In this document: piece by piece, positions 34,374 through 47,266 of the stretch
Numbering within the stretch: position 1 is the first letter of the stretch
Layout of the letters: every line of letters starts with the position of its first letter
Source of the DNA: Eledone cirrhosa
Taxonomy: Eukaryota
Direction of reading: 5' to 3'
Length of the DNA: 64,000 nucleotides
NCBI GenBank assembly: GCA_964016885.1
Contig: OZ024740.1
Coordinates: 327,608,001-327,672,000, forward strand
Program-made: the position numbers and the translations under genes
The notes under the pieces: generated by a model
Database searches by the model: none
Seen by the model: only the letters and a program-made list of their open reading frames with translations
Told to the model about the DNA's origin: nothing

Positions 34374-35226
34374 GTTTCTATTTATTTGCCACGAAGGCAC
34401 AAAAGAAGGGGACAAATACAAGGGGGAGTTTACATAAAGGAACGAGTAAAAAACAAATAACAAATATAAAATTAACAATACAGTCCTCAATATGGAGGAG
34501 GCGTTTTGGGGGTCACCCCCCACCCGAAAAGTGTGCAACCCTGTTCTTTAGGGGCACGGAGATGGGGTGCTCCTTTGCACTTCCACCTTTCCACCTACAG
34601 GCTGATAAAGAGAGAAGGCCCATTCATACGAGCCATTCTCGCTACTTTCACCCACCTTTCATAAAACTTGCTGGGGTAGAGCACCTCTCTCCATTCTGAT
34701 CCTTCTCTTAAAATGGTATTTAAAGAAAAGGACCAGTTGTTGGCCGGAGAGAAAGGTGTCCGACCTCAGCCCTTTCAAACGTGTCCACCATACCACCTCT
34801 TTCACCATGGCTATTACATAGAGGAAGACCGCTTCTCCTTCATTTTTGAAGGGGGGAGGCGGCTTGATCGTTATAATGGACTCAGTGGTCAACCGGATTG
34901 GTCCCACCCGTGGCAGCAGTCGTTCGACATAGCCCCACAGATCAGCAACGCCCGACAGTGTACCAATGCGTGCGCAACGGTTTCCTCGTCACGGTTTCCT
35001 CGTCAACGGTTTCCTCGTCAACGGTTTCCTCGCCCGTGTCTGTAGAGCTCGAACGAGCAGCGCCCCCCTCGGTAGCACTGCCAGGCCAGGGACTTCTGGA
35101 AGTTGTCCATAGGTCCCGGGCCAAATATCCTCCCGAATAGGCTGGCCAGTTCGTCTTCCTCCATGCCTAGGGCTTGTCCGAGGGCGTCGTCGCACCTACT
35201 AACCACCAGCCCTCTATAGAATGACG
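34373..35226 (-). mobile_element. Tx1 3' fragment (ORF2 C-terminus plus 3'UTR)
   Basis: SSFYRGLV..MEEDELASLFGRIFGPGPMDNFQKSLAWQCYRG; triplicated acggtttcctcg unit at 34977-35032. Confidence 0.9.
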
Positions 35227-35375
35227 AGTTAAATAAGTGTAGGAATATCATGTCCTCATATATACGACTGTTATTTCTAGCAGTACGGTTATGAGACTAG
35301 TTAGATACTGTAAAGCCATGTGCGTCACGCAGTCTTTTAAATTATTTAGAAGTGAAGCATATCAATTTGTCTCTG

Positions 35376-35503
35376 GATGTTTACTGAGGAGAGCGGGACA
35401 TGATATTCCTACACTTATTTAACTCGAAACATATTTGGATCTTAAAGTCTAAACTTATCTACGGAACAGGTTTGATTTTGAAATTTAAATGTGTCTAAAC
35501 ATC
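35376..35503 (+). ncRNA. Type I hammerhead ribozyme with very long stem III
   Basis: GAUGUUUA-CUGAGGA-GAG...CUC-GAAACAUAUUUGGAU...AUUUAAAUGUGUC-UAAACAUC; 8-bp stem I, GUC cleavage triplet ending at 35495. Confidence 0.85.
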
Positions 35504-35735
35504 ACGGCCTCTTGGCAATACAGTTCGTCTCCGTTGATTTATTATTTTAAATCGATATGGACAAACTGTAGTATAATAATTAGTATACTTCAATCTGGCT
35601 AAATTTTTCTTTTGCAATATATATACAGATGTGTTGGTATCTGTGTTTCATCACATACATATTAATTTATACACTGCTCAGGGGGTATTTTTCCTCCTTC
35701 GAGCTGATTCCATTGTAAAAGAATTCATTACCTTA

Positions 35736-35774
<39 letters not shown>

Positions 35775-35781
<7 letters not shown>

Positions 35782-36671
35782 TTAGAAACACACAGATACA
35801 TGCGGACACACACATATACATGAATGCATCCACACCCAACCGTGAGTTAATGGTGTCAACCTTACCGATGTTGCTCAATGAATGACTGGGACAGACCAAT
35901 CCGGTTGAACTAGACTGAACCAGTATCAGAGTTAAAAATACATTATGAAGAGAGAAGAAACATTTAGATATAATTAGTAATAAAATGTATCATACCTAAA
36001 CTGCTCCTAGATTCCTCGACTACGTAGTTTCGTGGCATAAACAAAAACAATACATCATAAAGATATACTTCTCTCTTCATAATGTATTTTTAACTCTGAT
36101 ACTGGTTCAGTCTAGTTCAACCGGATTGGTCTGTCCCAGTCATTCATTGAGCAACATCGGTAAGGTTGGCACCATTAACTCACGGTTGGGTGTGGATGCA
36201 TTCATGTATATGTGTGTGTCCGCATGTATCTGTGTGTTTCTAAATATATTGTTCATAACTCCCTCTGGTCGAGTAATCTTTGAAGTGTGGTGACTACTGG
36301 AAAGCTGTCATTACTCATACTTCTCGCCTCCTTCATCACCTCTTCTACGGCTTCGATATAAATACCCCCTCCGCCTCCGTGGTATTTTCTTCGGGGTTAT
36401 AAGAGGCTTAGCTCTGTTTCTCGACCGTTATATCGCGTGACTATCTCCCCCTCCGCCTTTTGGGATTCTTTCTCACGTCGTGTAGACGCGTTCTTGAAGC
36501 TAGTAAAATGAGGTATCCTCTTGATAAGTCGGCAGACCTCGCAAGGACTCTATATCTTTCTGATGTATTGTTTTTGTTTATGCCACGAAACTACGTAGTC
36601 GAGGAATCTAGGAGCAGTTTAGGTATGATACATTTTATTACTAATTATATCTAAATGTTTCTTCTCTCTTC

Positions 36672-36676
<5 letters not shown>
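35775..36676 (+). mobile_element. Non-coding retrozyme-like element (593-bp unit 36068-36660) with inverted 5' copy 35775-36066
   Basis: Terminal redundancy cttctctcttcataat at 36068 and 36661; inverted copy spans the end-to-start junction; contains a hammerhead; flanked by TA arrays. Confidence 0.8.
36516..36605 (+). ncRNA. Type I hammerhead ribozyme with U3-A8 core
   Basis: UCCUC-UUGAUAA-GU(C)GGCA...UGCCAC-GAAACUACGUAGUC-GAGGA; palindromic stem III. Confidence 0.8.
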
Positions 36677-36716
<40 letters not shown>

Positions 36717-36891
36717 TTATATATATATATTTATATATATATTTATTTATTTATATATATTTATATATATATATATATTTATTTACATATATTTATATAT
36801 ATATATATATATATATTTATTTAAATATATATATTTATTTATATATATTTATATATTTATATATATTTATATATATATATATATTTATATA

Positions 36892-36968
<77 letters not shown>
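36677..36968. repeat. (TA)n/(TTTA) microsatellite
   Basis: Direct reading. Confidence 0.96.
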
Positions 36969-36970
<2 letters not shown>

Positions 36971-37374
36971 TTTTCTCTCTCTCACATTTGAATTCGCTGC
37001 TGAAAGGTCTTTTTTCTAAGCGCTCATATATTCACCTAGCTTATGCTAACAGAATAACTATGAAGCTTGTCCCCTTCTTTCTACGGTTAGCTATCCTCTT
37101 TGTTGTTATCTGGTCTCACTCGCTTTACGCGTTTTAATTGTCCTAATAACTTAATTTAGTTATTATTGCACCGACGTGAGGTATATGATTTTTAATGCAA
37201 TGAAATATCTATGATCGTCGGCAAATCACTGATGAGGGACTTATTTTATTACATGTCATCCATGTGCAACCAGCAGTATTCTTCTCCCCATTTTTTCACA
37301 TATATATATATATATATATATATATGCATGTATGTATATAATTCGTTGTGGATTCGTGTATCAAATCATTTTAA

Positions 37375-37450
37375 TCGGCTTACGTGTTTCACTAATCCAA
37401 CAAGGAATGCACGGCAGTTAATTCTTTAATTACTAGATCTTCAGAGTCAA
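37375..37450 (-). ncRNA. Degenerate hammerhead-like motif
   Basis: Minus strand UUGACU-CUGAAGA-UCUAGU...AUUAGU-GAAACACGUA-AGCCGA, mismatches in stems I and II. Confidence 0.45.
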
Positions 37451-38069
37451 ATACAATAACTTACAGAAGTGAATATACCAGTAGGAAATGAGTGTTTTTT
37501 TAACTAAACAGAACACTATCTATCTCTTTTCACGTTATTAAGATTTAGATAGAAAAAATAAGACGTGCTTTCACTTCCTAAAGAAATTTGTCAATAAAAT
37601 TATGTTTAAATTTGTCGTTTAAAAACGCGTTAAAATGAATGTTAAAAGGAAGTATGCGAGCATAAATAAGTAATCAATAGCTCTAAATTAATAGTCTTGA
37701 TCATTGTTTCAGAATATTCATTTCTAACGTCAACACAAGCCTGGACATAAATAGTACAATATAGTTGATTAATATCAGATTAATATTTTATTTTACACCA
37801 TAAGCAAGAAAGACAAGATTTGAACTTGCACTGATATTAAACTAGTTACTAGGCAACTATAATTAAGAGAACACCCACCAGAGTATCTGCAATTGCAGTT
37901 GGGGTTAGCTATTAAATCATCCAGAGCATTATAGACAGTATCAAAATTATTCAAAAGGTTGTCACTTCGACAAGGCCCACCGCGTAGTTGCTCTCGTAGA
38001 GCTAGCTAAATTGTGTGATATTATACTTACTCAGTTTTCTGCTGTTGCCAGGGGCTAAATGTGGTTACA

Positions 38070-38193
<124 letters not shown>

Positions 38194-38439
38194 CGGCGAG
38201 AATCGCATTTCGGTGGGTAGAAAAGGCGAAACGAAACGCAAAAATCAGATATGATACTGGCAAGCGCTCGATAGTTAAAAAACTAGAGCTAAACAATATG
38301 TTAAGAGGCCATACAAAACTGAAATAGTGGTCAAGAAAGCGTCAACCACCTAAGCCAAAAGGCAAATCAAACTAAACAGGTCAAAACAAAATAAAATAAA
38401 TGATAAAGAAAACACAGACCTGATATATATATATATATA

Positions 38440-38627
38440 ACGAAGGAAGTGTGGTAAGGAACCAGGTGGACCATAACGCACCAGAGTACTCGATACTTTG
38501 TTTGGGTAGTAGAGTGGGTAATAGGAAAAGGTTCAGGACCCCGACGGCAGAGCTCACGCCGTTTTGACGGCTATTTCTGGACTAGTCCAGCGTGAGCTCT
38601 GCCGTCGGGGTCCTGAACCTTTTCCTA
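38440..38627 (-). mobile_element. Short PLE terminal fragment with inverted 5' piece, inside (TA)n
   Basis: 38440-38584 matches the reverse complement of 9481-9620; 38583-38627 is a plus-strand inverted piece. Confidence 0.85.
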
Positions 38628-39042
38628 TATATATATATATATATATATGCGGTGACATATGTACGGTGATGTGAAAGAGGGAGTGACCCTTGATCCTTGT
38701 TTGTTAGGACATCATTCTAGGAGATAAAAATCTGATGTAAAATCTGCGACTTGATGACAGTTAATGATACTGTCCTGTTCTTTTGGGGGCGATTCTGGAC
38801 ACATATCACCATTGTTCAGAGATTAGGAAGCACAGGCATCACTTGATCTAAACTTGTTTCATATAAGCTGTATAGGAATGGCTGGCCGGAGCCAAGAAAG
38901 GATTCTTTTATTCTGCCATTGTAGCATATGCAGGAAAGAATGTAAGACGTGGAAAGGCTAAAATGTTATGAGAAATTATAAGAAAAAGAGATGACAATTC
39001 TCGAAATCGAGATGCAAACATTATGCATGTATGTATGTATGT

Positions 39043-42000
39043 TCTTCTGGTTTTATAATTCACAATTTTTTACCAATAGAGAGAGAGTCGGTTTCTAACA
39101 TAGACACAAGACTCTCTCATTGGGATTTACAGAATATCAACTAAGTAGATTATGTCTGCATGTCTGCATGTGTAGAATGGATGTTATTGTGTGTGTGGAT
39201 GTGTATGTTTTGAGTTGAATGTGTGCATGTGTATATGCTTCGCATCTGTACATGTGTATATGCAGTTATTAGATGCAAAATGTTTGGAATGTTTTACATA
39301 TTTTTTACTGATCCATTAATGGATTGTACTTGTAATTTCCTAACTAGTTGTGTTCTTTCTGTTCCTGTGAAGCCTAGCTTCTCAAGATTTGTATTGAGGC
39401 AGTTAATAACATACACCAGTGCCCCAATAATCACAGGCATAAATCTGAAGGTGAAATCAGGGTGGAGTATCTGCAGATTTCTCATCAGTTCTGCATAAAT
39501 ATTCTCCTTTTCGCTAATCTTTTATATTATATTGGCATCTGCTGGGCAGGTAATTTCCACTACTGTGCATGCTTTCTTCTCCCTGTCCCATATCATATCT
39601 GGTCTGTTATGCCTGCATTTTATTCGGGTTTTTACTGGAACATTCCACTCTTTCATATTAGGTACATGGATGTCTTCCACATTGCTGTAGCTTTTTATGT
39701 GTTTATTATCGGGGCTATCTTTTTTACGGACTGCATTGTACAGTATTTTGGCCACTACATCATGTCTCATAGGTAGATTGTACCGCGATGACATCTTTGG
39801 ACAGCTGCTGATGAGATGGGTGATATTTTCGATGTTAGTTCTGCAGAGTCTGCACTTGTTATCACATCTAGGTGTTTTGCCTGCATCGCTATCTCTTTTG
39901 TGAATCAGGTATTTCGTGTTAATCTCCTGTTCTTGGATTGCAAAAGCGTATCCTTCAAAGTGGGAGCCAATATAGCGGTTGTTGGTCCAAGATAGACTAA
40001 TTTCCTTATCTATATTACTCTCCCTCTGGAGCTTCCTGGCAACATATCCATGCATGATTTTTTGTTGATAAGCATGCAGTTTTTCATCCATGGATTCACT
40101 GCGATACTGCTGAGCGACTTCCCTGAGTGTGAGTTTTTGATACAGGGAATATCTCTCGAGGAGTTCCTTCCCAACTCTCATGATCTGTTTCATGCAGATA
40201 GACTTGCTCAAGAAACGGGCTCCTACGCTTCGAGGTTCGTAGATGTTGTCGGAGAGATATGATGCGACATTCAAATGTTATCTGGACTAATGTTAGGCCT
40301 CTGTCTCCCTGCTTACGTTTCAAGTAAAGGCGGTCTATGTCACTGTTGATGTGGACGTTTCCGGTGTCGTTTAGTATTTTTCGAGTTCCAACATCAACTT
40401 CTCGGATTTCGTCTATCGTCCAATTGAGTATTCCAAACCTTGGTGTTAGGACAGGCACAGCAAACACATTGTGAGCCACTGTTTTGTTTTGCGCAGAGAG
40501 TTCCGATGACCAGATCTTTCCTAATCGGGTGTAGTGTAGTATTCCCTGGTTACGCGTTCTTTATTACAGATACCATTATAGGATATGTTCTCATCTATCC
40601 CCAGGTATCTGTAGCAGTCCTCATCAGATATTGATGACAAAGTTGCTAGATTGGGTTGTTCTTTTTCCTCGCTTTACAGTCATATATGAGCATTTATCTT
40701 GGCCAAACTCCATTCCTATATCCTTTGAGAACGTTGTAACCAGGTCAAGATTTTTCTTCATCCCATCCATGTTCTTGGCATAGAGTTTCAGATTGTTAAC
40801 AAAGAAATTATGGGTTAGGTTCGTATTTCAGTCCTCCTGTGAGCTAATGATGTATCCCTCACATTTCTTGAGCAGAAGGTCAGGGGGTTTAATGACAAGA
40901 TGAATAATATCACAGAGAGACTGTCCCCTTGCGATATTTTATTTTATCAGTGAAAATAGAGTCCTCTCCTCTCTGTCTTTAACCTTAGGATAGTAGCCCA
41001 AGAAGAAGAAAGCCTCTCTATGGCTCTGACAATAATGTCTGGGACTTTAGCAAGTTGGAGGGCCTCTATCATCCAAGAGTGGGTAACAGACTCGAAAGCT
41101 TACCTGTAGTCCAGCCAGACTGTAGTCATATTCCTCCTAAGTTGTCGCACCTCCGACATCGCAGTTTTGTTGTTTAGGAATTGTTCAGCACATCCCCAAA
41201 CCCCTTTCTTTCCAGCTGCTTGTTCATCTGTGATGATGTTATTATTTTCACAGTGATCTTGGAGAAATAGGTTCAGGCAGGCTGTATACATCTTATACAT
41301 CAGGTTCTGGAATGCAATGGGTCGGTAATTTTTTTCCAACTGGGTGTCTTTGTTCTTGGGTACCAGTAATGTTTCTGCTAATGTCAACCATTCTGGGATA
41401 AGTGTATCTCCCTTAATAACTTGTTGGTAGAGGTCAGTAAGATACCTCCGATAGAATATCAGTTTTTTGTACCAGTAGCCGACAATCATGTCTCTTCCTG
41501 GTGTTTTCTTATCTTGGAGTTTTCCTATCACAGTCTCAAGGGTACCCTCACTTATTTCGTATGTTTTTGTTGTAGTGTAGGAGCAATAGTTCTTTCGGAT
41601 TTCTCTTAGCCACACTGCATCTTGGTTGAAATGCTTCTTTTCACCCCATATTTTGCTCCAAAAGGAATCTGTCTTTTGGGGATGGGCCTCAGTGACACTT
41701 ATTATTTTGTTCTTCATATCTCTATAGACTGATGTTTGGTTTCGTCTGAATCGTTTATTAAGCACCTTTCTCTCATCTACCTTCTTCAGGTATCGGCGTT
41801 TTTCGCTAACAGCTCTCAATTCTTGTTTGAGGGTGATCAGCTTATATTGAAGAGTTCTGGTTCTACTGATAATGCTTCACTGTCGTTGCTAGGGTATATA
41901 AACAGGCGTTGATTTGCCAAAATGTTGAAGTTTTATATCCGTCGTAAATATTCATCCCCTATTTCGTCAATAACACGTAATATTTCATTATTTGGTTTTT

Positions 42001-42896
42001 TATTAAACATTGTTGTTTTAACACGTTCAGCAAGAGAGATATTTATACATGAATTAATTTCTCTCTGGAAGATTTCGTTGAGGAAAATTTTCAATTGTTT
42101 ATACTTTTGATTATTATCATTATCGATAGTATTTTCCAGAAAGTCGAGGTAGACTCGGATGGTACACGTGGTGTCAAATTTCTTCGATATTATTATTATC
42201 GATAGTGTTTTTCCCAGCATTCGAAGTAGACTTAGATGGTACAGGTGGGGTCAAGTTTCTTACAGGCATAGTTGTTTCAAGGCGCTGTTCGACCTGGCTG
42301 CTAGGAAGTCTAGTAGCATGGCGACCTGTAGCACGTGTTGTTGATAACATGTTTGTTGTGGGGGGACTTACAAATAGTAATATTTATCCTATTTTTACGC
42401 TCAATAAACGTCGCTTGTTTGCAATTGTTTGGCTATGAAGTGATTTAGCTCTGGGTGTATTTCGTCTCAGTGTAACTTCATTCTGTTCATATAGCCAATG
42501 GAGGGATTGTTTTTTGCCATTTTATAACAATTAAATAAATCATTATTAAGTTCGCAACTCCAAGAGAAATGCGATTCATAATTTCGGTTTCTTCTGTAGC
42601 TACAACTGAATAAAGTTTGTTTACCTTTCTTGTTGGTTGTCTTCGGTACTTCCTTAATGTTGTTGATGATGTTGTGTTCAGCCATGCTGTTTGTAGCAAA
42701 TCCTTGTAAAATGAATTATGTATTTAGTCGGATATCTCTACGAATTCGAATAAAAAGTATCTTCAGAAGATATAGTTAGAAGTATAACCAGTTATTCAAC
42801 CTGACTGTAGTTGTGGTATTACTGTTGGAGATAGTATTCATCTTAAATTTAATAAATGGTCTCCCACGCCAAAATATGCGACTGATCGCGTTGACT
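39043..42896 (-). mobile_element. R4/Dong-like non-LTR retrotransposon (RT + CCHC + restriction-like endonuclease), degenerate
   Basis: PGRDMIVGYWYK, YRPIA, QAAGKKGVWGC, VWLDYR, RLYLKRKQG.RGL, FAIQEQEINT, CRLC..HLISSC, RHD, RPD, VEITCP, PVIIGAL; (TATG)n on both sides. Confidence 0.9.
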
Positions 42897-42921
42897 GTAT
42901 GTATGTATGTATGTATGTATG

Positions 42922-43663
42922 CTCTTCTGGTTTTATAATTTCACAATGTTTTGCCAATAGAGAGAGAGCCGGTTTCTTACATAGATACAAGACTCTCTCA
43001 TTGGAATTTACACATCAACTAGGTAGATATGTATGCATGTCTGCTTGCATGCATGTGTAGATATGGATGTTATTGTATGTGTGGATATGTTTGTTTTGAG
43101 TTATATGTGCGCTTTGTATCTGTACATGTGTATATGCAGTTATTAGATGCAAAATTTTTGGAATGTTTTACATATTTTACTGTTCCATTAATGGATTGTA
43201 CTTGTAATTTCCTAACTAGTTGTGTTCTTTCTGTTCCTGTGAAGCCTAGCTTCTCAAGATTTGTATTGAGGCGGTTACTAACATACCCCAATGCCCCAAT
43301 AATCACAGGCATAAATTTGAAGGTATGATCACGGTGGAGTATCTGTAGATTTCTCATTAGTTCTGCATAAATATTCTCCTTTTCGCTAATCTTTGATATC
43401 ATTTTGGCATCTGCTGGGCAGCTAACTTGCACTACTATGGATGCCTTCTTTTGCCTGTCCCATATCATTATATCTGGTCTATTATGCCAGCATTTTATTG
43501 GGGTTTTTACTGGAACATTCCACCATTACTCTTTCATATTATGTATATGTATGTCTTCCACATTGCTGTAGCTTTTAATGTTTATTGTCGGGGCTATCTA
43601 TTCTACGGATTGCATTGTACAATGTTTTGATCACTACATCATGTCTCATAGGTAGATAGTATT
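42922..43663 (-). mobile_element. Second, 5'-truncated R4/Dong-like copy
   Basis: Homologous to 39043-39780; YYLPMRHD, IWDRQKK, PVIIGALG. Confidence 0.9.
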
Positions 43664-43750
43664 TGTATGTATGTATGTATGTATGTATGTATGTATGTAT
43701 GTATGTATGTATGTATGTATGTATGCCTGTATGCCTGTATGTCTGTATGT
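43664..43750. repeat. (TATG)n
   Basis: Direct reading. Confidence 0.96.
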
Positions 43751-44060
43751 ATGTCAGGTCGCGCTTCAGCGCTACTGGTAACATGTAACCCAGTACAACC
43801 TGTGCATGGTGGGTTGTTGGCGACTAAACCGGCAACCCCACCAATTTTATTGGTGAGGAGGTTGATTTTGGACCCCCTGCAGGATGAAAAACAAAACCCG
43901 TCAAAAGGCGGAGTAACTCAGCAGAGTCAACGGTCATCCAATAAAGGTTTTTTTTTGTTTTTGAGAGGGGAGCGAGAGACTCCTCGTCTTCATTAAAACA
44001 TCTCACTAGGAGAAGGTCACTCTGATATAAAACCTGTGACTTCGTTTGTATCCAATTATG
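43751..44060 (+). mobile_element. 5' region of RTE-like repeat (relative of 9880-10275)
   Basis: Shared sequence blocks with the reverse complement of 10000-10275. Confidence 0.55.
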
Positions 44061-45136
44061 CAGATCAGTTCCCCCTTTGGGGCAAATGCATTCGATGCTT
44101 AAGTATCAAGCGATGGCATTACTCGAAATCGAGTTACAGCCATCATGTAAACAAATACATATCTAAACAGAAAGGAATTTTCAGTAACTATGTTCATAAA
44201 TTAATTATTCCGGGGGGGGGGGGGGGGTCTTCAACAAATTATGTAAATTTATTTTAAGTTTCCAATTAGCTAAAAATAAGGGATGCTGTAGTGAATAAGA
44301 GAATGGAAGATTTTGTTTGCCATATTTTCTTTTGTGGTTTTATACATATTCCTGGGAAGTTTACTCAAACTGAATCTTCTTTAGTTCATATGCTGTTTTG
44401 TCCTCGTTTTCCCAGCAAAGGTAATTAGCTTACATGAAATAATGGATACTTTCTTGTCAGCTACAAAGTCTAACAAAACATAGCTAAAACAAACCTGTTG
44501 TTTTAATCTCTAAAAGCAAAATTTTATCAAATTAAGAGAAGGGTAAGAATATAGAGTATGATAATTGTTTTTCTCGAGGGCATTATAGGCATATACGATC
44601 GCTTTAACTTTTGAGCAGTATGTTAACAACAACAGCCGATTTACATTTTAGGTGTTAGGCCTAACAGACTACTTTGTTTAATACCCAACTTCCGGCTTTT
44701 GGATACTTTAAATGCAAGCATTCAGACAAAGACCCGACTTTAACATCACTCGGGCATCAGCAACAAACGCTCAGAACTCCTTCAAATACTAACAGTTGCT
44801 TGACTATATGTCACCCTGTACCTAGCTGGTTTATCACACATCAAGTAACTCTGAATGTACTGCTTTTGTTGAGTCCGAAGTTACTGAGTACATAATCAAG
44901 CAAACCTATGATCAAAGACACAATTTGACTATTCTTTTCAGCGTTAGTGTAACCTGGACTAAAACCTAAATTATATACTGTCTATTTTAAGACGTGGTTT
45001 CTGCTTGAGTTCATGTGACAGTGTAGAGGCTCCTTGACATTGACACATCTCTCTGAAATCATATCTTCGGTGACGTCCATGTGTGCGCCTTTTTGTTATA
45101 TATTATATATAGGGATATATTATATATAGGGATGTA

Positions 45137-45346
45137 TTAACGGGCGGTGGATTGGCAACGGGCGGTGGATTGGCAGTATCGGTAGAGGGTCTGACGCTAT
45201 GCTTTGCAGCAAAGAGTTACGCCCCTTTATGGTTTGAGTTCAAATCCCGCCGAGGTTAACTTTGCCTTTCATCCTTACGGGGTCGATAAAATAAAGTACC
45301 AGTAATGCACTGGATAATTGCTGGCCTTGTGCCAAAAGTAGAAACA
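45137..45346 (+). mobile_element. tRNA-derived SINE with 18-bp target-site duplication
   Basis: A-box-like tggcagtatcggtaga, B box gagttcaaatcc, core tttgcctttcatccttacggggtcgataaaataaagtacc; attatatatagggatgta at 45119 and 45347. Confidence 0.9.
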
Positions 45347-45364
45347 ATTATATATAGGGATGTA

Positions 45365-45845
45365 GGTGTAAAAGCCAAACTCGCTGTCTTAAATTCGGTA
45401 TTCGTACCAACCATTACTTATGGTCATGAATCTTGAGTAATGACAGAAGGAATACGAATGCGAATATAAATGGTCGAAATGGGGTTCCTCCGAAGGGTCT
45501 TTGGAGTCGCATTATTCGATCAGAGAGTCACTCCAGGTAGAGCCACTATTTCTCCGAAGTGAAAGATATTATGGGCATGTGGCTCCGATACAATGGGCAT
45601 GTGGTTAGAATGTCTCAGAAAAGAATCGCTAGATAGATTTTACGGCCAAAGACCAACTGGCAGGAAACCCAGGGATACAAGATGGCTGCATAATAACCAT
45701 GAGCTTGGCTGATCTCCCCTGGGGATCCAGCTGGGTCAGTTGGAGACGGTTGCCTTTGACAGGATCTGCTGGAAGGAGTGTTTGCTGACTCTGCTCCCAC
45801 GTCCCTCTCAGGACTAAGTGGCGGAAGAAGAGAAGAAAAAGAGAT
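45365..45845 (+). mobile_element. RTE-clade (Rex3/Expander-like) 3' fragment
   Basis: Translates KAKLAVLNSVFVPTITYGHES*VMTEGIRMRI*MVEMGFLRRV; ends in a GAA-rich tail. Confidence 0.8.
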
Positions 45846-47029
45846 TAAATTCTCAGCACTTGTTAGGATGTATCCTTATTTATCAGTAAACACTCTATAT
45901 ACACTCGATTTCAAACCCAATATTTATCTAACAAACAATATCTATAACTAAGTTTTATCATCGGGTGAGTTTGAATTTGACAAACCATTTGACATCATCC
46001 AGTGAACCCCGTGAAGTAGATGTTCACCATTTGTGATCTGACTGGGACAAATAGAAACTAATCAAAATCCCAAGTATTTTACACGCAGCTTCGCTGTAGA
46101 TGGATGATCATAGAACACTCTCACTAATCAATAGAAGATCTATATGTTTCCTTGATTATTATATAATGCTCTTCCCTTTTCTAATAACAATACATTTTAA
46201 TTATTTTTTTCTAATTACTCTCTATCCTCTTTAAAAAGTTATTTATGCCTGCATTAGCAAAGGCATTAATTATATGATGTCTGTAAATTGGCAGGAATAG
46301 CGTGACTGTAACGCTTTTAATCATAAAATCTTTTAGTTCAAGCTGATCTTAAGCTAAACAACACCTAAATGACGAAAATCTTTGGTTTTAACTGAGAATT
46401 GAAAGCTTATCATGGAGCTCGTGGCAAGTTAATACGTACTCTCAGTTGAAATACGTACTATCAGTTGAAATAAGTCAATATTACAACATATAATAGTGAA
46501 ATACGAGACGTCTATCACGACAGGTTAATCCTTGATCTATAGCATTCACCTGAAATAAATCAATATTAAATATGAAAGATACGAGACTTGTATGACTGAG
46601 TAAATTGGGTATTGGACAAAACTAAATTAAAAGCCAGCAGTATATTACCTATAAGTGACATCATTTTGTATTCATGACTATGACATTTATCTGTCAAAGA
46701 CCTAGTCCGAATTGATTTAATTTGGCACAATTCAAATTCATATAATTCCCGGTCGATTTCGCAGAGTCGTTAGAGCATTAGATATTTATTCCAGTTATTT
46801 GCACTCTGAGTTCAAATCCCACCGGCGTCCACTTAGCCGTTCGGGGTCGCAGTAGACTGTTTAACACAGTTCTCTCTCCTTTCAGTTGTCACATATTGGA
46901 TGGTCTCCTGGCACAACGGGGAGATTTGAGAGAACTCTGCGTCTGCTCGCGAGTATGGTAGATACTACCAAGTCAAACTAGATTGTGAGTGGTTGATATA
47001 TATATATATATATAAATATATATATATAA

Positions 47030-47145
<116 letters not shown>

Positions 47146-47231
47146 TTAAAATGTAAACAGAAATAACAACACAAACTCTACAGTATATGGAAGAAATATA
47201 TTAGGTTGACGCTTGAAATAGCAGGAAGAGG

Positions 47232-47266
47232 GTCTTAACATTTCGGGCGCTAGTCCGTCATCAGAC
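47232..47266 (-). ncRNA. Degenerate minimal hammerhead-like motif upstream of PLE fragment
   Basis: Minus strand GU-CUGAUGA-CGGACUAGCGCCC-GAAAUGUUAAGAC; stems imperfect. Confidence 0.45.

Noticed and set aside
37196-37240. GAAA...CUGAUGA as a type II hammerhead
   Set aside because: No stem II pairing and a stem III mismatch
45160-45250. tRNA gene
   Set aside because: A/B boxes belong to a multi-copy SINE head with a long spacer and no cloverleaf
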